64,000 nt of DNA from Candidatus Aenigmatarchaeota archaeon. GTDB lineage: Archaea; Aenigmatarchaeota; Aenigmatarchaeia; CG10238-14. The position numbers and the translations under genes are program-made. This document shows, piece by piece, positions 10,156 to 19,812 of this stretch. The notes beneath the pieces were generated by a model, which saw only the letters and a list, made by a program, of their open reading frames with translations, was not told where the DNA came from and did no database searches. Each line of letters opens with the position of its first letter. Position 1 is the first letter of the stretch. The stretch covers positions 1-64,000 of the forward strand of contig JAWBZR010000002.1 in assembly GCA_044343545.1 (NCBI GenBank), in the 5' to 3' direction.

Positions 10156-10250
10156 CCCACCTCAATAGTAATGCTTAACTAATTATATGTATTGCAATTT
10201 TAAATTGTTTTGAATTTTTAAATATTTGCCTTGTCAAGCAAAAATTCAAT

Positions 10251-10586
10251 TCATTTTTTACATCCTTTTATCGTCCCAGATACTTTGAGAATCTTCATGC
10301 AAACTCTGACATCACCCAATCTTGTTATTAAACCAAGCGATGCTATCGTCGAAGCAACGGATAGATGGTTGCATCTAATTATGCAGGTCTGCTCATCTTT
10401 ATTCCATCTATCTTTCAATAACCATACAGATGTTTTCGCCACACCATGTTCTCCCAAAAAATCAAGCATCGTATTCCAAATGGCGCTTTCCAAGTCAGAA
10501 TATTCTATGGGTTCTTCAGATATAACTTTGAACAATACATATCTATGCTTCTCTCTCAGTGTGGGCGGAAGCACCTTTAGTTTCAT
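10251..10586 (-). CDS. rnp2: RNase P protein Pop5/Rnp2
   Basis: LPPTLREKHRY, KVSGTIK; ATG 10586 overlaps the rnp3 stop (ATGA). Confidence 0.93.
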   Translation of the reverse strand: MKLKVLPPTLREKHRYVLFKVISEEPIEYSDLESAIWNTMLDFLGEHGVAKTSVWLLKDRWNKDEQTCIIRCNHLSVASTIASLGLITRLGDVRVCMKILKVSGTIKGCKK

Positions 10587-11293
10587 AATTCCCTCACGCC
10601 TGGCATTATCCATTTGGGTGATTTTCTTTCATTAATTTGCTCGATCATTTTTTTTGGTACGACGCTTAAACTATTTTTAGCTTCCTTTAATTCCAAGCCA
10701 AGCAATACTCCCATGGAAATGAGTTGTTTGGGATCTCTTAGTTGCCAGTGCGAAATCGCTCCGGAACAAATAATAATTGGTGCATTATACTTTTTGCAAA
10801 GTTTTACATTCTGCATCATATTTTTCAGTACGAGCGACCTCGTAGCTTTGGTGTTTATCAAAATATTTCTGAAATTAATTTCTATTGCTACATTATTCTT
10901 TGCAGCCTCTCTTGCAAGCACGTGATTTAAACCAGAATCCTTTCTGTTGAATTCCGGATGCGTCAATATATCAACTTCTGGTGTTCGAACGGCAGCTCTA
11001 TTCAGCTTCAAATCATGGCCTCTTACCAAAAGCATGTCGTATTCTCTTCGCAACTTCACCAATTTTTTTAACTCATTTATGTTTCGCGCTTCAAAACCAA
11101 GAAATATTTTTATCTTCACTTCCTTTTCGACTCTGTCTATTTCCCTTTGCAACTCATATATTTGCTCTTTATTTTTGAAGTATTCTGCAAAACAAATTCC
11201 AGAAAAACCCAACATCTTTGCTTGCGATGCTAATTCTTCTAACGTACTTTCACCTTCAGAAAAGGCAGAGTGAACGTGCATGTCAAAATACAT
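10583..11293 (-). CDS. rnp3: RNase P protein Rpp30/Rnp3
   Basis: NRAAV, VDILTHP, GLNHVLAREAAKNNVAIEIN, SGA-x-SHWQLRDP. Confidence 0.93.
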   Translation of the reverse strand: MYFDMHVHSAFSEGESTLEELASQAKMLGFSGICFAEYFKNKEQIYELQREIDRVEKEVKIKIFLGFEARNINELKKLVKLRREYDMLLVRGHDLKLNRAAVRTPEVDILTHPEFNRKDSGLNHVLAREAAKNNVAIEINFRNILINTKATRSLVLKNMMQNVKLCKKYNAPIIICSGAISHWQLRDPKQLISMGVLLGLELKEAKNSLSVVPKKMIEQINERKSPKWIMPGVREL

Positions 11294-11344
11294 ATAAGTA
11301 ATATTGTCTTTGCAATCTTTAAATGATTGGTGAAAGTGGAAATT

Positions 11345-11863
11345 CTATCTTAATCCTCTTGCCCTTTTTCCAGAGGCCGTCAAGCCTCTAAATACTCTTC
11401 TTGTGTGTTGTGGTTCACAAATCCAGTTTATTTTAGGGTCGCTTTTTATTGCAGGATGATGCTTATCGACGAGAATGACTTCATACCAAACATATTTACC
11501 ATCTTGACCAACCCAATAAGAGTTTAGCACTTCGAGATTTGGATACTTTTTTGCTACTCTTTGCTCTGCTATTGTTTGCAAAGACAATTTTGGCGTAAAT
11601 CTTTTTACACCTGCTTTTGATGGTTTTCTTCCACCTCTCGTGTAATCCGGTCTATCTCTACCACCTCTTAGCAGCCTAACCCTTACAATAACAAAACCTT
11701 GCTTAGCTCTATAACCCAGCTCTCTTGCCCTGTCTGGTTTTGTAGGTTTTTCAATTCTTACAAATCTTTTTTCTCGCCTCCACTCTATCAATCTTTTTCT
11801 CATCAATTCTTTTACGGCTTTGCTCTTTCTCGTTTCTTTCAAATATTGATACAAACCTTTCAT
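11345..11863 (-). CDS. rpl15e: 50S ribosomal protein L15e
   Basis: [42 protein letters not shown]. Confidence 0.97.
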   Translation of the reverse strand: MKGLYQYLKETRKSKAVKELMRKRLIEWRREKRFVRIEKPTKPDRARELGYRAKQGFVIVRVRLLRGGRDRPDYTRGGRKPSKAGVKRFTPKLSLQTIAEQRVAKKYPNLEVLNSYWVGQDGKYVWYEVILVDKHHPAIKSDPKINWICEPQHTRRVFRGLTASGKRARGLR

Positions 11864-11914
11864 AAAAATGTCACAAAAACTATAATTAACGGAAAATTTA
11901 AATATTTTCGTTAG

Positions 11915-12205
11915 ATGAATTACGAAGATGTTTGGCGTTTAATAAAAAAGATACCACGAGGAAAGGTGACGACATACAAAGAGATTGCTAGGATGTGTAA
12001 CACGAGAGCATACAGGCTTATCGGTATGGCATGCAAGAAAAATCCCTTCAAAGATGTTCCATATCATAGAGTTGTAAAAAGTAATGGCGAACTCGGTGGT
12101 TACGTTTTTGGTGTCGAGGAAAAGCGGAGACTTTTAGTCGAGGAGGGTATCGAAATAGTTAATGGTAAAATTAACTTGAAAAAACATTTATTTGCTTTTA
12201 ATTGA
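11915..12205 (+). CDS. MGMT-family / alkyltransferase-like protein
   Basis: [19 protein letters not shown] (PCHRV in catalytic enzymes), LGGY...KRRLL-x-EEG. Confidence 0.88.
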   Translation: MNYEDVWRLIKKIPRGKVTTYKEIARMCNTRAYRLIGMACKKNPFKDVPYHRVVKSNGELGGYVFGVEEKRRLLVEEGIEIVNGKINLKKHLFAFN

Positions 12206-12280
12206 CAAATCTTCTAACTCATAGTAACAAAAACTTAAATACCTCAAAATTCGATTATTATCTTTATCGGGTGAAATGAA

Positions 12281-12589
12281 ATGAACACATGGGTCAAAAT
12301 ACTAATAGGTTTGTTGTTGCTTGGTTTGCCATTAGCCCTCTATGCATATGATTTAATGACAGCAGGTCCAGTAATAGAATTCAATATTTTGGGAAGAAAA
12401 ATTCAGCTATCACCCTTAAGGTCACTTTTGATAGTTATCGAAGGTACAGTACCGCCATTTATAGCTTTGATAGGCCTGTTCATAGTCTGGCTTGAATTGG
12501 ATGAGCTTAGAATAGAGAGAGAATTAAAAGCAGAAGAAGAAAAAGAAAAAGAAGAGGAAGAAAAACCAAAAAAGAAAAAAAGTAAATAG
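12281..12589 (+). CDS. Small 2-TM membrane protein with charged tail
   Basis: Two hydrophobic segments; GGTGA SD-like motif upstream; abuts fen1. Confidence 0.75.
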   Translation: MNTWVKILIGLLLLGLPLALYAYDLMTAGPVIEFNILGRKIQLSPLRSLLIVIEGTVPPFIALIGLFIVWLELDELRIERELKAEEEKEKEEEEKPKKKKSK

Positions 12590-12591
12590 AT

Positions 12592-13629
12592 ATGGGAGTA
12601 CAAATATCTCCAATAATACCGAAGCAAGCAATAAACCTACAAGATCTCTCTGGCAAAAGAATAGCTATAGATGCTTTTAACATTATTTTTCAATTTCTTT
12701 CTATTATTAGACAAAAAGATACTGGCGAGCCTTTAAGAGATAGCAAAGGAAGAGTTACTTCACACCTTTCAGGTCTTTTTTATAGGAATTTGAATTTTTT
12801 AGAGGCAGGTATAAAACCAATATATGTTTTTGATGGGGAACCGCCAAGAATGAAAAAAACAACAATAGAGTTTAGGGAAGCAAAAAGAGAAGAGGCCTTG
12901 AAAAAATGGGAAGAAGCCTTGAGGGAAGGGAGAAAAGAAGATATAATGGTTTATGCTCAAGCATCTTCGAGAATTACAGATGAAATGATAAAAGAAAGTA
13001 AAGAATTGTTGAGGGCTTTGGGCATACCCATAGTTCAAGCTCCTTCCGAAGGTGAAGCCCAAGCAAGTTATATGTGCATTAAAGGGGACGTGTTCGCCAG
13101 CTCGAGTCAAGATATGGACTCTTTGCTTTTTGGCTGCCCCAGACTTGTGAGAAATCTTTCAATAACTGGTAGAAGAAAGATGCCGAGAAAAGAAAAGTGG
13201 ATCGAAATAAATCCGGAATTGATAGAGCTTGAAACGGTTTTAAGAGAGTTGGGTATAACAAGAGAACAACTCATATTGGTAGGAATGCTTGTAGGAACCG
13301 ATTATAATCCTGAAGGCATTCCTGGTTTCGGTCCTAAAAAAGCTTTGGATTTTGTCAAGGAAAAAAGAACGCTATCAGAAGTTCTAAAAAGCATAGAATG
13401 GATATCAGAAAATGATGCAGAAGAAATATTCAATTTTTTCATGAACCCAAAGGTTACAGATGATTATGAGATAAAATTTGGAGAAATAGATGTTGAAAAA
13501 GTGAAAAAAATTCTTGTAGATGAGCATGAATTTTCCGAAGAAAGGGTTAACAGCAATCTGCAGAAATTTGTTGAGGCAAAGAGAAAAGGAATGCAGTATA
13601 ACCTTTCATCTTGGTTCAAGAATGAATGA
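12592..13629 (+). CDS. fen: Flap endonuclease 1
   Basis: MGV start, IAIDAFN, YVFDG, APSEGEAQA, SQDMDSLLFG, GTDYN; C-terminal PIP box QYNLSSWF. Confidence 0.97.
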   Translation: MGVQISPIIPKQAINLQDLSGKRIAIDAFNIIFQFLSIIRQKDTGEPLRDSKGRVTSHLSGLFYRNLNFLEAGIKPIYVFDGEPPRMKKTTIEFREAKREEALKKWEEALREGRKEDIMVYAQASSRITDEMIKESKELLRALGIPIVQAPSEGEAQASYMCIKGDVFASSSQDMDSLLFGCPRLVRNLSITGRRKMPRKEKWIEINPELIELETVLRELGITREQLILVGMLVGTDYNPEGIPGFGPKKALDFVKEKRTLSEVLKSIEWISENDAEEIFNFFMNPKVTDDYEIKFGEIDVEKVKKILVDEHEFSEERVNSNLQKFVEAKRKGMQYNLSSWFKNE

Positions 13630-14314
13630 ATCTTTCCAAAAACCCCTTTAGTCCTTTTTGCTCATATTTTTTCGTTATTTCTTGCACAGTTTCCCAAGTT
13701 GTCCTTATGTTTTTCGGCATCTTTCCATTATTTTCCCTTGCCAGCTTTTCTAAAAATTCTATGGTCTTTGGGTCGTGACTATAACCCACGCCAAAATCAA
13801 AACCAAACTTTTTTTTGAGTTCCTCAATTTTTTTATCTCTTTCAACTTTTGCGATTATTGAAGCTGCAGACACGACAGGATACTTTTTGTCAGCATAATT
13901 TTCAAACACGAAGATCGATTTTTTAGCTTCTTCGTTGAGTTTTGACTTCAAGAAATCCTTGAATTTGTTGCTGTTGTAGCTCGGCGTATCTATTATAACC
14001 TTATCAGGCAGCAGCATGTTTATCGCGTCAGCCATTTTTATTGCTTCTATTTGATTGAGGTTTAAGCCGCTTCTTCTCATGGAATCTATGTTGCATGCAG
14101 AAACTTGAAGGACGATGATGTTTTCTGCAATACTTTCTATTTCTTTCGCTAACTCTTCCCTTTTTTTTGGCGATAGTTCCTTTGAATCTCTAACTCCTAT
14201 TTTTCTCAATTCACTTTCTTTGTCTTCCTCTACTATCAAGCCACAAATAACTAACGGTCCTATAACAGCACCTCTGCCAGCTTCATCCAATCCCATTACT
14301 TTGATCAAAATCAC
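13616..14314 (-). CDS. rnhB: Ribonuclease HII
   Basis: GLDEAGRGAVIGP, DSKELS, ADKKYPVVSAASIIAKVERD; PIP-like QKGLKGF. Confidence 0.96.
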   Translation of the reverse strand: MILIKVMGLDEAGRGAVIGPLVICGLIVEEDKESELRKIGVRDSKELSPKKREELAKEIESIAENIIVLQVSACNIDSMRRSGLNLNQIEAIKMADAINMLLPDKVIIDTPSYNSNKFKDFLKSKLNEEAKKSIFVFENYADKKYPVVSAASIIAKVERDKKIEELKKKFGFDFGVGYSHDPKTIEFLEKLARENNGKMPKNIRTTWETVQEITKKYEQKGLKGFLERFIHS

Positions 14315-14378
14315 CTTTTATTATAAATTGTTTTTGCGTTATAAAGTTTCAAATTTTTGTGAAATTTAAGACTTTATA

Positions 14379-14834
14379 ATGCAAATTGAAAAAATTTTGG
14401 AAGAGTTGAAACATTCGAGAGAAATAGACGAAGTCTTGGCAAAATATAACTGGAAAGATTTTGAAAGCATGGTCGAATACATATTTATGCAACACGATTT
14501 TTCCGTGAAAAAGAATTTTAGATTCAAAACAACCAAAAGATATGAAATAGATGTGTTGGCTGAGAAAGAAATCATATTTTGTGTCGAATGCAAAAGATGG
14601 GAGAGGGGTAGAAACAAGAGAGCTACGCTCTTGCTATCTTCCAATAAACATCTTGAGCGAGTGGAAGAGTTTAAGAAATTCGCGAATGTCAAAAAACATG
14701 TTATACCTATGATAATAACTTTAAGAGACGAAGGTTTTTATTTCGAAAACAAAACGTTTTTCATACCCATATGGTTTTTGAACGAGTTTTTGTTGAATGA
14801 AAGTTGGCATACTTCAGGTGAGCTTTTTAAATAG
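14379..14834 (+). CDS. PD-(D/E)XK restriction-endonuclease-like protein (Mrr/NERD-like)
   Basis: WKDFE...YEIDVLA...VECKRW. Confidence 0.8.
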   Translation: MQIEKILEELKHSREIDEVLAKYNWKDFESMVEYIFMQHDFSVKKNFRFKTTKRYEIDVLAEKEIIFCVECKRWERGRNKRATLLLSSNKHLERVEEFKKFANVKKHVIPMIITLRDEGFYFENKTFFIPIWFLNEFLLNESWHTSGELFK

Positions 14835-14870
14835 CAATATAAATATTTATAAAGTTTTATATACTGAAAT

Positions 14871-14877
14871 GGAGGTG
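14871..14877 (+). promoter_or_regulatory. Shine-Dalgarno of tbp, preceded by an AT-rich TATA-like tract
   Basis: GGAGGTG 5 nt before ATG 14883. Confidence 0.7.
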
Positions 14878-14882
14878 TAAAA

Positions 14883-15431
14883 ATGGCAAAGTTCGATATA
14901 AAAATAGAAAACATCGTTGCTTCGGCTTCTCTTGGCATCCGAGTTCCTTTAGAGAAGATGATAAAATATTTAGACGGCACGGAATACGAGCCAGAGCAAT
15001 TTCCCGGTTTGGTTTATAGAATAAAGGAGCCTAAAGCAGCAACGCTCATATTTTCTTCAGGTAAAATAGTCTGCACAGGAGCAAGAAGCATAGAGGATGT
15101 AAAAAGGGTGATTAAAAAAGTTATCGATGCAATAAAAAGTGCTGGTTTAGGCAACCCGACAAAGTATACTGTTCAAATAGAAAACATTGTCGCTTCCGCA
15201 AAGTTAAAGTCGTCTCTTAATCTCGATAAAATAGCATTTGAGGTAGAAGAATCCGAGTATGAGCCAGAGCAATTTCCCGGCTTGGTTTTGAGAATGAAAA
15301 ATCCAAAAGTAGCTTTTTTACTTTTTTCCTCAGGTAAAATAGTTTGCACGGGGGCAAGAAAAATTAAAGACGTGGAAGCTGCCGTCGAAATGCTTTCGAA
15401 TAAGCTAAAGAGTATAGGTGCAATTGAATAA
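14883..15431 (+). CDS. tbp: TATA-box binding protein
   Basis: Two repeats of IENIVASA...EYEPEQFPGLV...FSSGKIVCTGA. Confidence 0.98.
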   Translation: MAKFDIKIENIVASASLGIRVPLEKMIKYLDGTEYEPEQFPGLVYRIKEPKAATLIFSSGKIVCTGARSIEDVKRVIKKVIDAIKSAGLGNPTKYTVQIENIVASAKLKSSLNLDKIAFEVEESEYEPEQFPGLVLRMKNPKVAFLLFSSGKIVCTGARKIKDVEAAVEMLSNKLKSIGAIE

Positions 15432-15492
15432 TTCAAACTACAAAAAAACATTCAACAAAACATAAGAATTTCAGTTGTAAACTTTATTCTAT

Positions 15493-17511
15493 ATGCGAGA
15501 GAGAGATATTTTAGATACTTTTATCGACTTTCTTAGAAATTATTATTATAGACAGTTAGCCGATGTTATAGCACGCGATGAAAAATCGCTTCAAGTGGAT
15601 TTCAGCCTACTCGACAAATATAGCCCGGAAATGGCCGACTTGTTATTGGAAAAGCCTGAAGAAATGTTAAAGTTATTCGAGGATGCGGTTGAGCAAATAG
15701 ATTTGCCACAAAAGAAGAAGATAAAAATAAGAATGTTCAATTTGCCTGAAAGTAGTAAAATAAGAATAAGAAACATCAGATCTGAACATCTAGGCAAATT
15801 GTTATGTGTTGACGGGATAGTTAAGAGAGCTTCTGAAATAAGACCGGAAATTGCTGAAATAGTTTTTCAATGCAGCGAATGTGGAGAAAAGATAACCGTT
15901 TTGCAGACAGAGAAGGAAAAAACAATTGTTTATCCAAGCATGTGCGAAAATTGTAAATCAAAGAGAGGATTCAAAATTCTTGAACAAAAACTCTACGATG
16001 CAAGATGGATAGCAATAGAAGAGCCGTTTGAGATAACAACGGGTGAGAGACCGTCAGAAATAATGGTTTACTTGAAAGAAGACCTCACCACGCCAAAGAT
16101 GCAATATAAAACAGACCCTGGAAATAGAATAAAAGTTATAGGCATATTAAAAGAAGTTCCTAAGAGAGCTGGAAAGGGAGGAAAATCAAGACAAATGGAG
16201 GTGTTAATAGAGGCAAACAACATCGAGTCAACCCAAACGGAGTGGGAAGACATAGTCATAACGCCAGAAGAAGAAAAAATGATAAAAGAGCTTTCCAGCG
16301 ACCCAGACATTTATAATAAACTCATAGCATCTTTAGCTCCGGGAATGTATGGTTTAGAAGTTGTTAAGCTTGCTATAATCTTGCAATTTTTCGGAGGCGT
16401 TCCAAAAGTATTAAAAGATGGAACAAGAATAAGAGGTGATATTCATATCCTCATAGTTGGTGACCCTGCTGTAGGGAAAAGCCAATTATTGAAACTTGCT
16501 TCTCAAATGATGCCGAGAGCAAAATACGTTTCTGGTAAGGGTGTGACGGGAGCTGGATTAACTGCTGCCGTTGTCCGTGACGAGCAGTTTCTTGGTGGTT
16601 GGGTGTTGGAAGCAGGCGCCCTTGTTTTGGCGAACAATTCTTTGATAAGTATAGACGAGTTTGATAAAATGGAAAAGAGTGATCAGATAGCAATGCACGA
16701 AGCAATGTCACTTCAACAAATTTCTATAGCCAAAGCTTCAATTGTAGCCACTTTACCTGCGAAAACAGCTGTTTTAGCAGCAGCCAATCCGAAATATAGC
16801 AGGTTCGACCCTTACATACCCATAGGAGAGCAAGTCGACATACCAGAAACTTTACTTAGCAGGTTCGATGTAAAATTTGCTTTAAAGGATATACCTAATC
16901 CGGAAATAGACGAAAAAATGGTGGATCATGCTTTGAAGGCAAGACATTTTAATGTGGAAGAAGCAGCACCGTTAATAGATCCAGAATTATTCAAAAAATA
17001 CGTTGCTTATGTGAGAATGCATTGTCACCCTGTTTTAACCGAAGAGGCAGCGAAGAAATTAAAGGAATTTTATTTGATGATGAGAAGTTCATCCGTTTCT
17101 GGCGAAAGGCAGGCCGTAGCTATAACAATGAGACAATATGAATCATTGATAAGATTGGCCGAAGCGAGTGCTAAGGTTCAACTAAGGAATTTTGTTACAG
17201 AAGAGGATGCCGAGAGAGCGATTGAGATAATGAAGTATTCTTTGAGACAATTTGGTTTTGACGAAAAAACTGGTACTTTTGACATAGATAAAGCTGAAGG
17301 TGGAATGAGTAGTGCCCAAAGAAGCAAAATAAAGATTTTGTTAGATGTTATAGCCGAGTTGGAGAAAGCTTTCGGGAAACTTATACCATTAGAAGATCTC
17401 AAAACTAAAGCTTTAGAAAACGGTGTTGATGACGTTGAAATGATGATAAGGAAAATGAAAGAAGAAGGTGTAATTTTTGAGCCGAAGCACGGTTATATAC
17501 AGAAAATTTAA
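15493..17511 (+). CDS. mcm: MCM replicative helicase
   Basis: C4 Zn finger, Walker A GDPAVGKSQ, IDEFDKM, LLSRFD, WH tail; no intein. Confidence 0.97.
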   Translation: MRERDILDTFIDFLRNYYYRQLADVIARDEKSLQVDFSLLDKYSPEMADLLLEKPEEMLKLFEDAVEQIDLPQKKKIKIRMFNLPESSKIRIRNIRSEHLGKLLCVDGIVKRASEIRPEIAEIVFQCSECGEKITVLQTEKEKTIVYPSMCENCKSKRGFKILEQKLYDARWIAIEEPFEITTGERPSEIMVYLKEDLTTPKMQYKTDPGNRIKVIGILKEVPKRAGKGGKSRQMEVLIEANNIESTQTEWEDIVITPEEEKMIKELSSDPDIYNKLIASLAPGMYGLEVVKLAIILQFFGGVPKVLKDGTRIRGDIHILIVGDPAVGKSQLLKLASQMMPRAKYVSGKGVTGAGLTAAVVRDEQFLGGWVLEAGALVLANNSLISIDEFDKMEKSDQIAMHEAMSLQQISIAKASIVATLPAKTAVLAAANPKYSRFDPYIPIGEQVDIPETLLSRFDVKFALKDIPNPEIDEKMVDHALKARHFNVEEAAPLIDPELFKKYVAYVRMHCHPVLTEEAAKKLKEFYLMMRSSSVSGERQAVAITMRQYESLIRLAEASAKVQLRNFVTEEDAERAIEIMKYSLRQFGFDEKTGTFDIDKAEGGMSSAQRSKIKILLDVIAELEKAFGKLIPLEDLKTKALENGVDDVEMMIRKMKEEGVIFEPKHGYIQKI

Positions 17512-17537
17512 ATCTTCTTGTGCCGATAAAGTTATTC

Positions 17538-18161
17538 ATGAAAATTGGTTTGATAGATTGGATTCTTGACACTTTTAACCTGAGAAAGCCAATAAGGCTT
17601 GGAATATATGGCAGCGTTAATGTTGGCAAAACTACTCTCGCAAATAGAATATCTCTCGATTGGACTGGCGAAGAAATAGGAAAAGTATCTGAAATACCAC
17701 ATGAAACAAGATTTGTGCAAAAAAAAGAAAGAATTGAAATAAAACATGGCGGTAAAAAGATTATAATAAACTTGTTAGATATGCCTGGTTTAGCAACAAA
17801 AATAGATTACAGAGATTTTTTGAAGTATGGAATGAAAAGAAAGGAAGCTAAGGAGAGAGCTAAGGAAGCAACTCAAGGAGTTATAGAAGCAATAAAATGG
17901 TTGAACAACGTCGATGCCGTTTTAGCTGTTATGGATGCTACAAAGGATCCTCTAACTCAAGTGAATGCAACGTTGCTCGGAAATTTGGAAGCGAAGAAAA
18001 TTCCTGTGATTATAGTTATAAATAAAATTGATTTGAAAAACGCAAAGCCGCAACATATAAAGGAAGTGTTTTCACAATATCCATCGGTGGAAGTTTCCGC
18101 TCTTACAGGAAAAAACATGGAAAAACTTTACGAAATGATTGCAAAATACGCGAGGAGATAA
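17538..18161 (+). CDS. Era-like small GTPase, OapA-type
   Basis: GSVNVGKTT, IPHETR, DMPG, NKID, VSAL; ERAKEATQGVIEAIKWL typical of this archaeal family; start may be 17520. Confidence 0.88.
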   Translation: MKIGLIDWILDTFNLRKPIRLGIYGSVNVGKTTLANRISLDWTGEEIGKVSEIPHETRFVQKKERIEIKHGGKKIIINLLDMPGLATKIDYRDFLKYGMKRKEAKERAKEATQGVIEAIKWLNNVDAVLAVMDATKDPLTQVNATLLGNLEAKKIPVIIVINKIDLKNAKPQHIKEVFSQYPSVEVSALTGKNMEKLYEMIAKYARR

Positions 18162-18164
18162 CTG

Positions 18165-18578
18165 ATGAAAAAATTAAAGTTGGATTTCATTTCATCGTCC
18201 TTGCTAAGCAATCAAGATCCAGAAAAGAGAATAGATTTTATTCTAAAAAAAATAAAGGAAGGCTCGATAGTCGTGATAGATGGCGTGTTGAAACCGGAAG
18301 AAGAAATGAATTTGATAAGAGAAACGATGAGAAGAGTAGATGATGGTTTTCCGGGAATCGAGGTTTGCAGCATGAAGAAACCTTCAACTTTCTTTAATGT
18401 TTTAATAGACAAATTTATGGATCAAAAAGAAAACATTCAAAAATTTTTTGGAACTTTAACTGGAAACACTTCTATTGCTACAAATCTAAGAACCGGCATA
18501 ACTTTTATAGGTCCGGCTAAATTAATTAAAAAGATAAAAAAGAATCCAGATTCATTTTCTATACTGGCAGAGGTTTAG
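18165..18578 (+). CDS. DUF2073 (OapB-type) protein
   Basis: IVVIDGVLKPEEEMNLIRETM-x5-FPGIEV, TFIGPA; position after the GTPase. Confidence 0.85.
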   Translation: MKKLKLDFISSSLLSNQDPEKRIDFILKKIKEGSIVVIDGVLKPEEEMNLIRETMRRVDDGFPGIEVCSMKKPSTFFNVLIDKFMDQKENIQKFFGTLTGNTSIATNLRTGITFIGPAKLIKKIKKNPDSFSILAEV

Positions 18579-18581
18579 TTT

Positions 18582-18956
18582 ATGTCCCACAAATGTCTTC
18601 GCTGCGGAAAAGTGTATGATGATAACGACCCACAAATAATTAATGGTTGCACTTGCGGCTCCATATTTTTCTTCTTTATCAAAGACAAGGTTGAATCCAA
18701 GAAATTAGAAGAGATAGAAAAAACCTTGAATTTGCAAAGAACAACTCTTGAGGCTGAGTTGGAAAAAGAATTCATTAAGGTTGCTACCGGTGAAAACAAT
18801 TTCGGAATAGAGACGATAAAAAATCCGAAAGATGGTGTTTATGAAATAAACATCGATGCTCTTATGAAAAGGCAACCTTTGATAATATTAAGGCAAGGAA
18901 AAACTTATTTGATACATTTACCTTCTGTTTTTGAAAAAGTGAGAGAGAGACATTAA
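18582..18956 (+). CDS. Zn-ribbon protein DUF2072 (OapC-type)
   Basis: MSHKCLRCG...IINGCTCGSIFF...IETI...GVYEINIDAL. Confidence 0.85.
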   Translation: MSHKCLRCGKVYDDNDPQIINGCTCGSIFFFFIKDKVESKKLEEIEKTLNLQRTTLEAELEKEFIKVATGENNFGIETIKNPKDGVYEINIDALMKRQPLIILRQGKTYLIHLPSVFEKVRERH

Positions 18957-18975
18957 TGTTTATTTTCCAGCAACA

Positions 18976-19296
18976 TTATTTAATTTCTTGTGATATACCT
19001 TCACTTGTTGTCAAGTTTTTTATTATACCAGCATTAACTGCTTGATAAATCTCTATCGTCTTGTTTTTTTGTTGGTTATAAAATATTTGTTTTTGATAGC
19101 AATAGCAATTATCATCTTTCACAAAAGCAAATTCGAGCCCAGCGAATTCACAAAATTGCGTGCATATAGATTTGTCTGGTTTCTTGATCGAATGACTGCC
19201 AAGATAAAAACCTGCCAAGAAAACAGCTATTAAAATTAACAATCCGAGCAAGTCCCTCTTTCTTATTCTTATGTAATCGCTCTCTTGTGTAGGCAT
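18976..19296 (-). CDS. Membrane-anchored protein with a Cys-rich exported domain
   Basis: One TM followed by C-x3-C...CYC. Confidence 0.7.
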   Translation of the reverse strand: MPTQESDYIRIRKRDLLGLLILIAVFLAGFYLGSHSIKKPDKSICTQFCEFAGLEFAFVKDDNCYCYQKQIFYNQQKNKTIEIYQAVNAGIIKNLTTSEGISQEIK

Positions 19297-19353
19297 ACAA
19301 TTTATATCTTTTTCAACAATTTAAAACTTTTTTATTGAAAAAACAATTTATAT

Positions 19354-19806
19354 TTGATGAAAAAGTTTTTGATATTAACAATAATTTTTATATTGATTTT
19401 GTTGAATTCTTCTTTTTCTCAAGATATAGACGTAACTCTGTATTTAAATTCGAGTAGAATCGAGTTAGATAATGGAATAAATGTTCGAGGGATCGTGACA
19501 GAGAATGGTGAACCTCAACAATCAACAGTGTATGTGAAGGTGGATGACAAGATTGTTTGCATTATTTTTACCAATTCTTCAGGCATTTACGAATGTTCTT
19601 TTAGTTTGAATAAAGTCGGAAAGTTTCAAATATTCGTCACTGCCATTACTTCATCTCATGCAAAGACGGTGAGCAAGGAAATATCTACATTCATTTCTTT
19701 TGGTGAAAAAATTAAAGAAGTTTATTGCAAGCAAAAAGCCGTGTTGATTCAAAATATCGATGGTTCTATAAAATTTTCTAAAATGAAAATTTGTATTGGC
19801 GAGTGA
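19354..19806 (+). CDS. Secreted Ig-like beta-sandwich protein
   Basis: Signal peptide; VRGIVT...TNSSGIYECSF...GKFQIFVTA pattern. Confidence 0.65.
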   Translation: MMKKFLILTIIFILILLNSSFSQDIDVTLYLNSSRIELDNGINVRGIVTENGEPQQSTVYVKVDDKIVCIIFTNSSGIYECSFSLNKVGKFQIFVTAITSSHAKTVSKEISTFISFGEKIKEVYCKQKAVLIQNIDGSIKFSKMKICIGE

Positions 19807-19812
19807 TGAAAG

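Noticed and set aside
12520..12589. Purine-rich GAA/AAA low-complexity run
   Set aside because: It encodes a Glu/Lys tail and has no repeat-spacer structure.
14883..15431. Internal direct repeats (GAGCCAGAGCAATTTCCCGG, TCAGGTAAAATAGT)
   Set aside because: These are the normal two-fold repeat of TBP.
15432..19353. Replication origin near mcm/oap genes
   Set aside because: Intergenic gaps are short, and I found no ORB-like repeats or cdc6.
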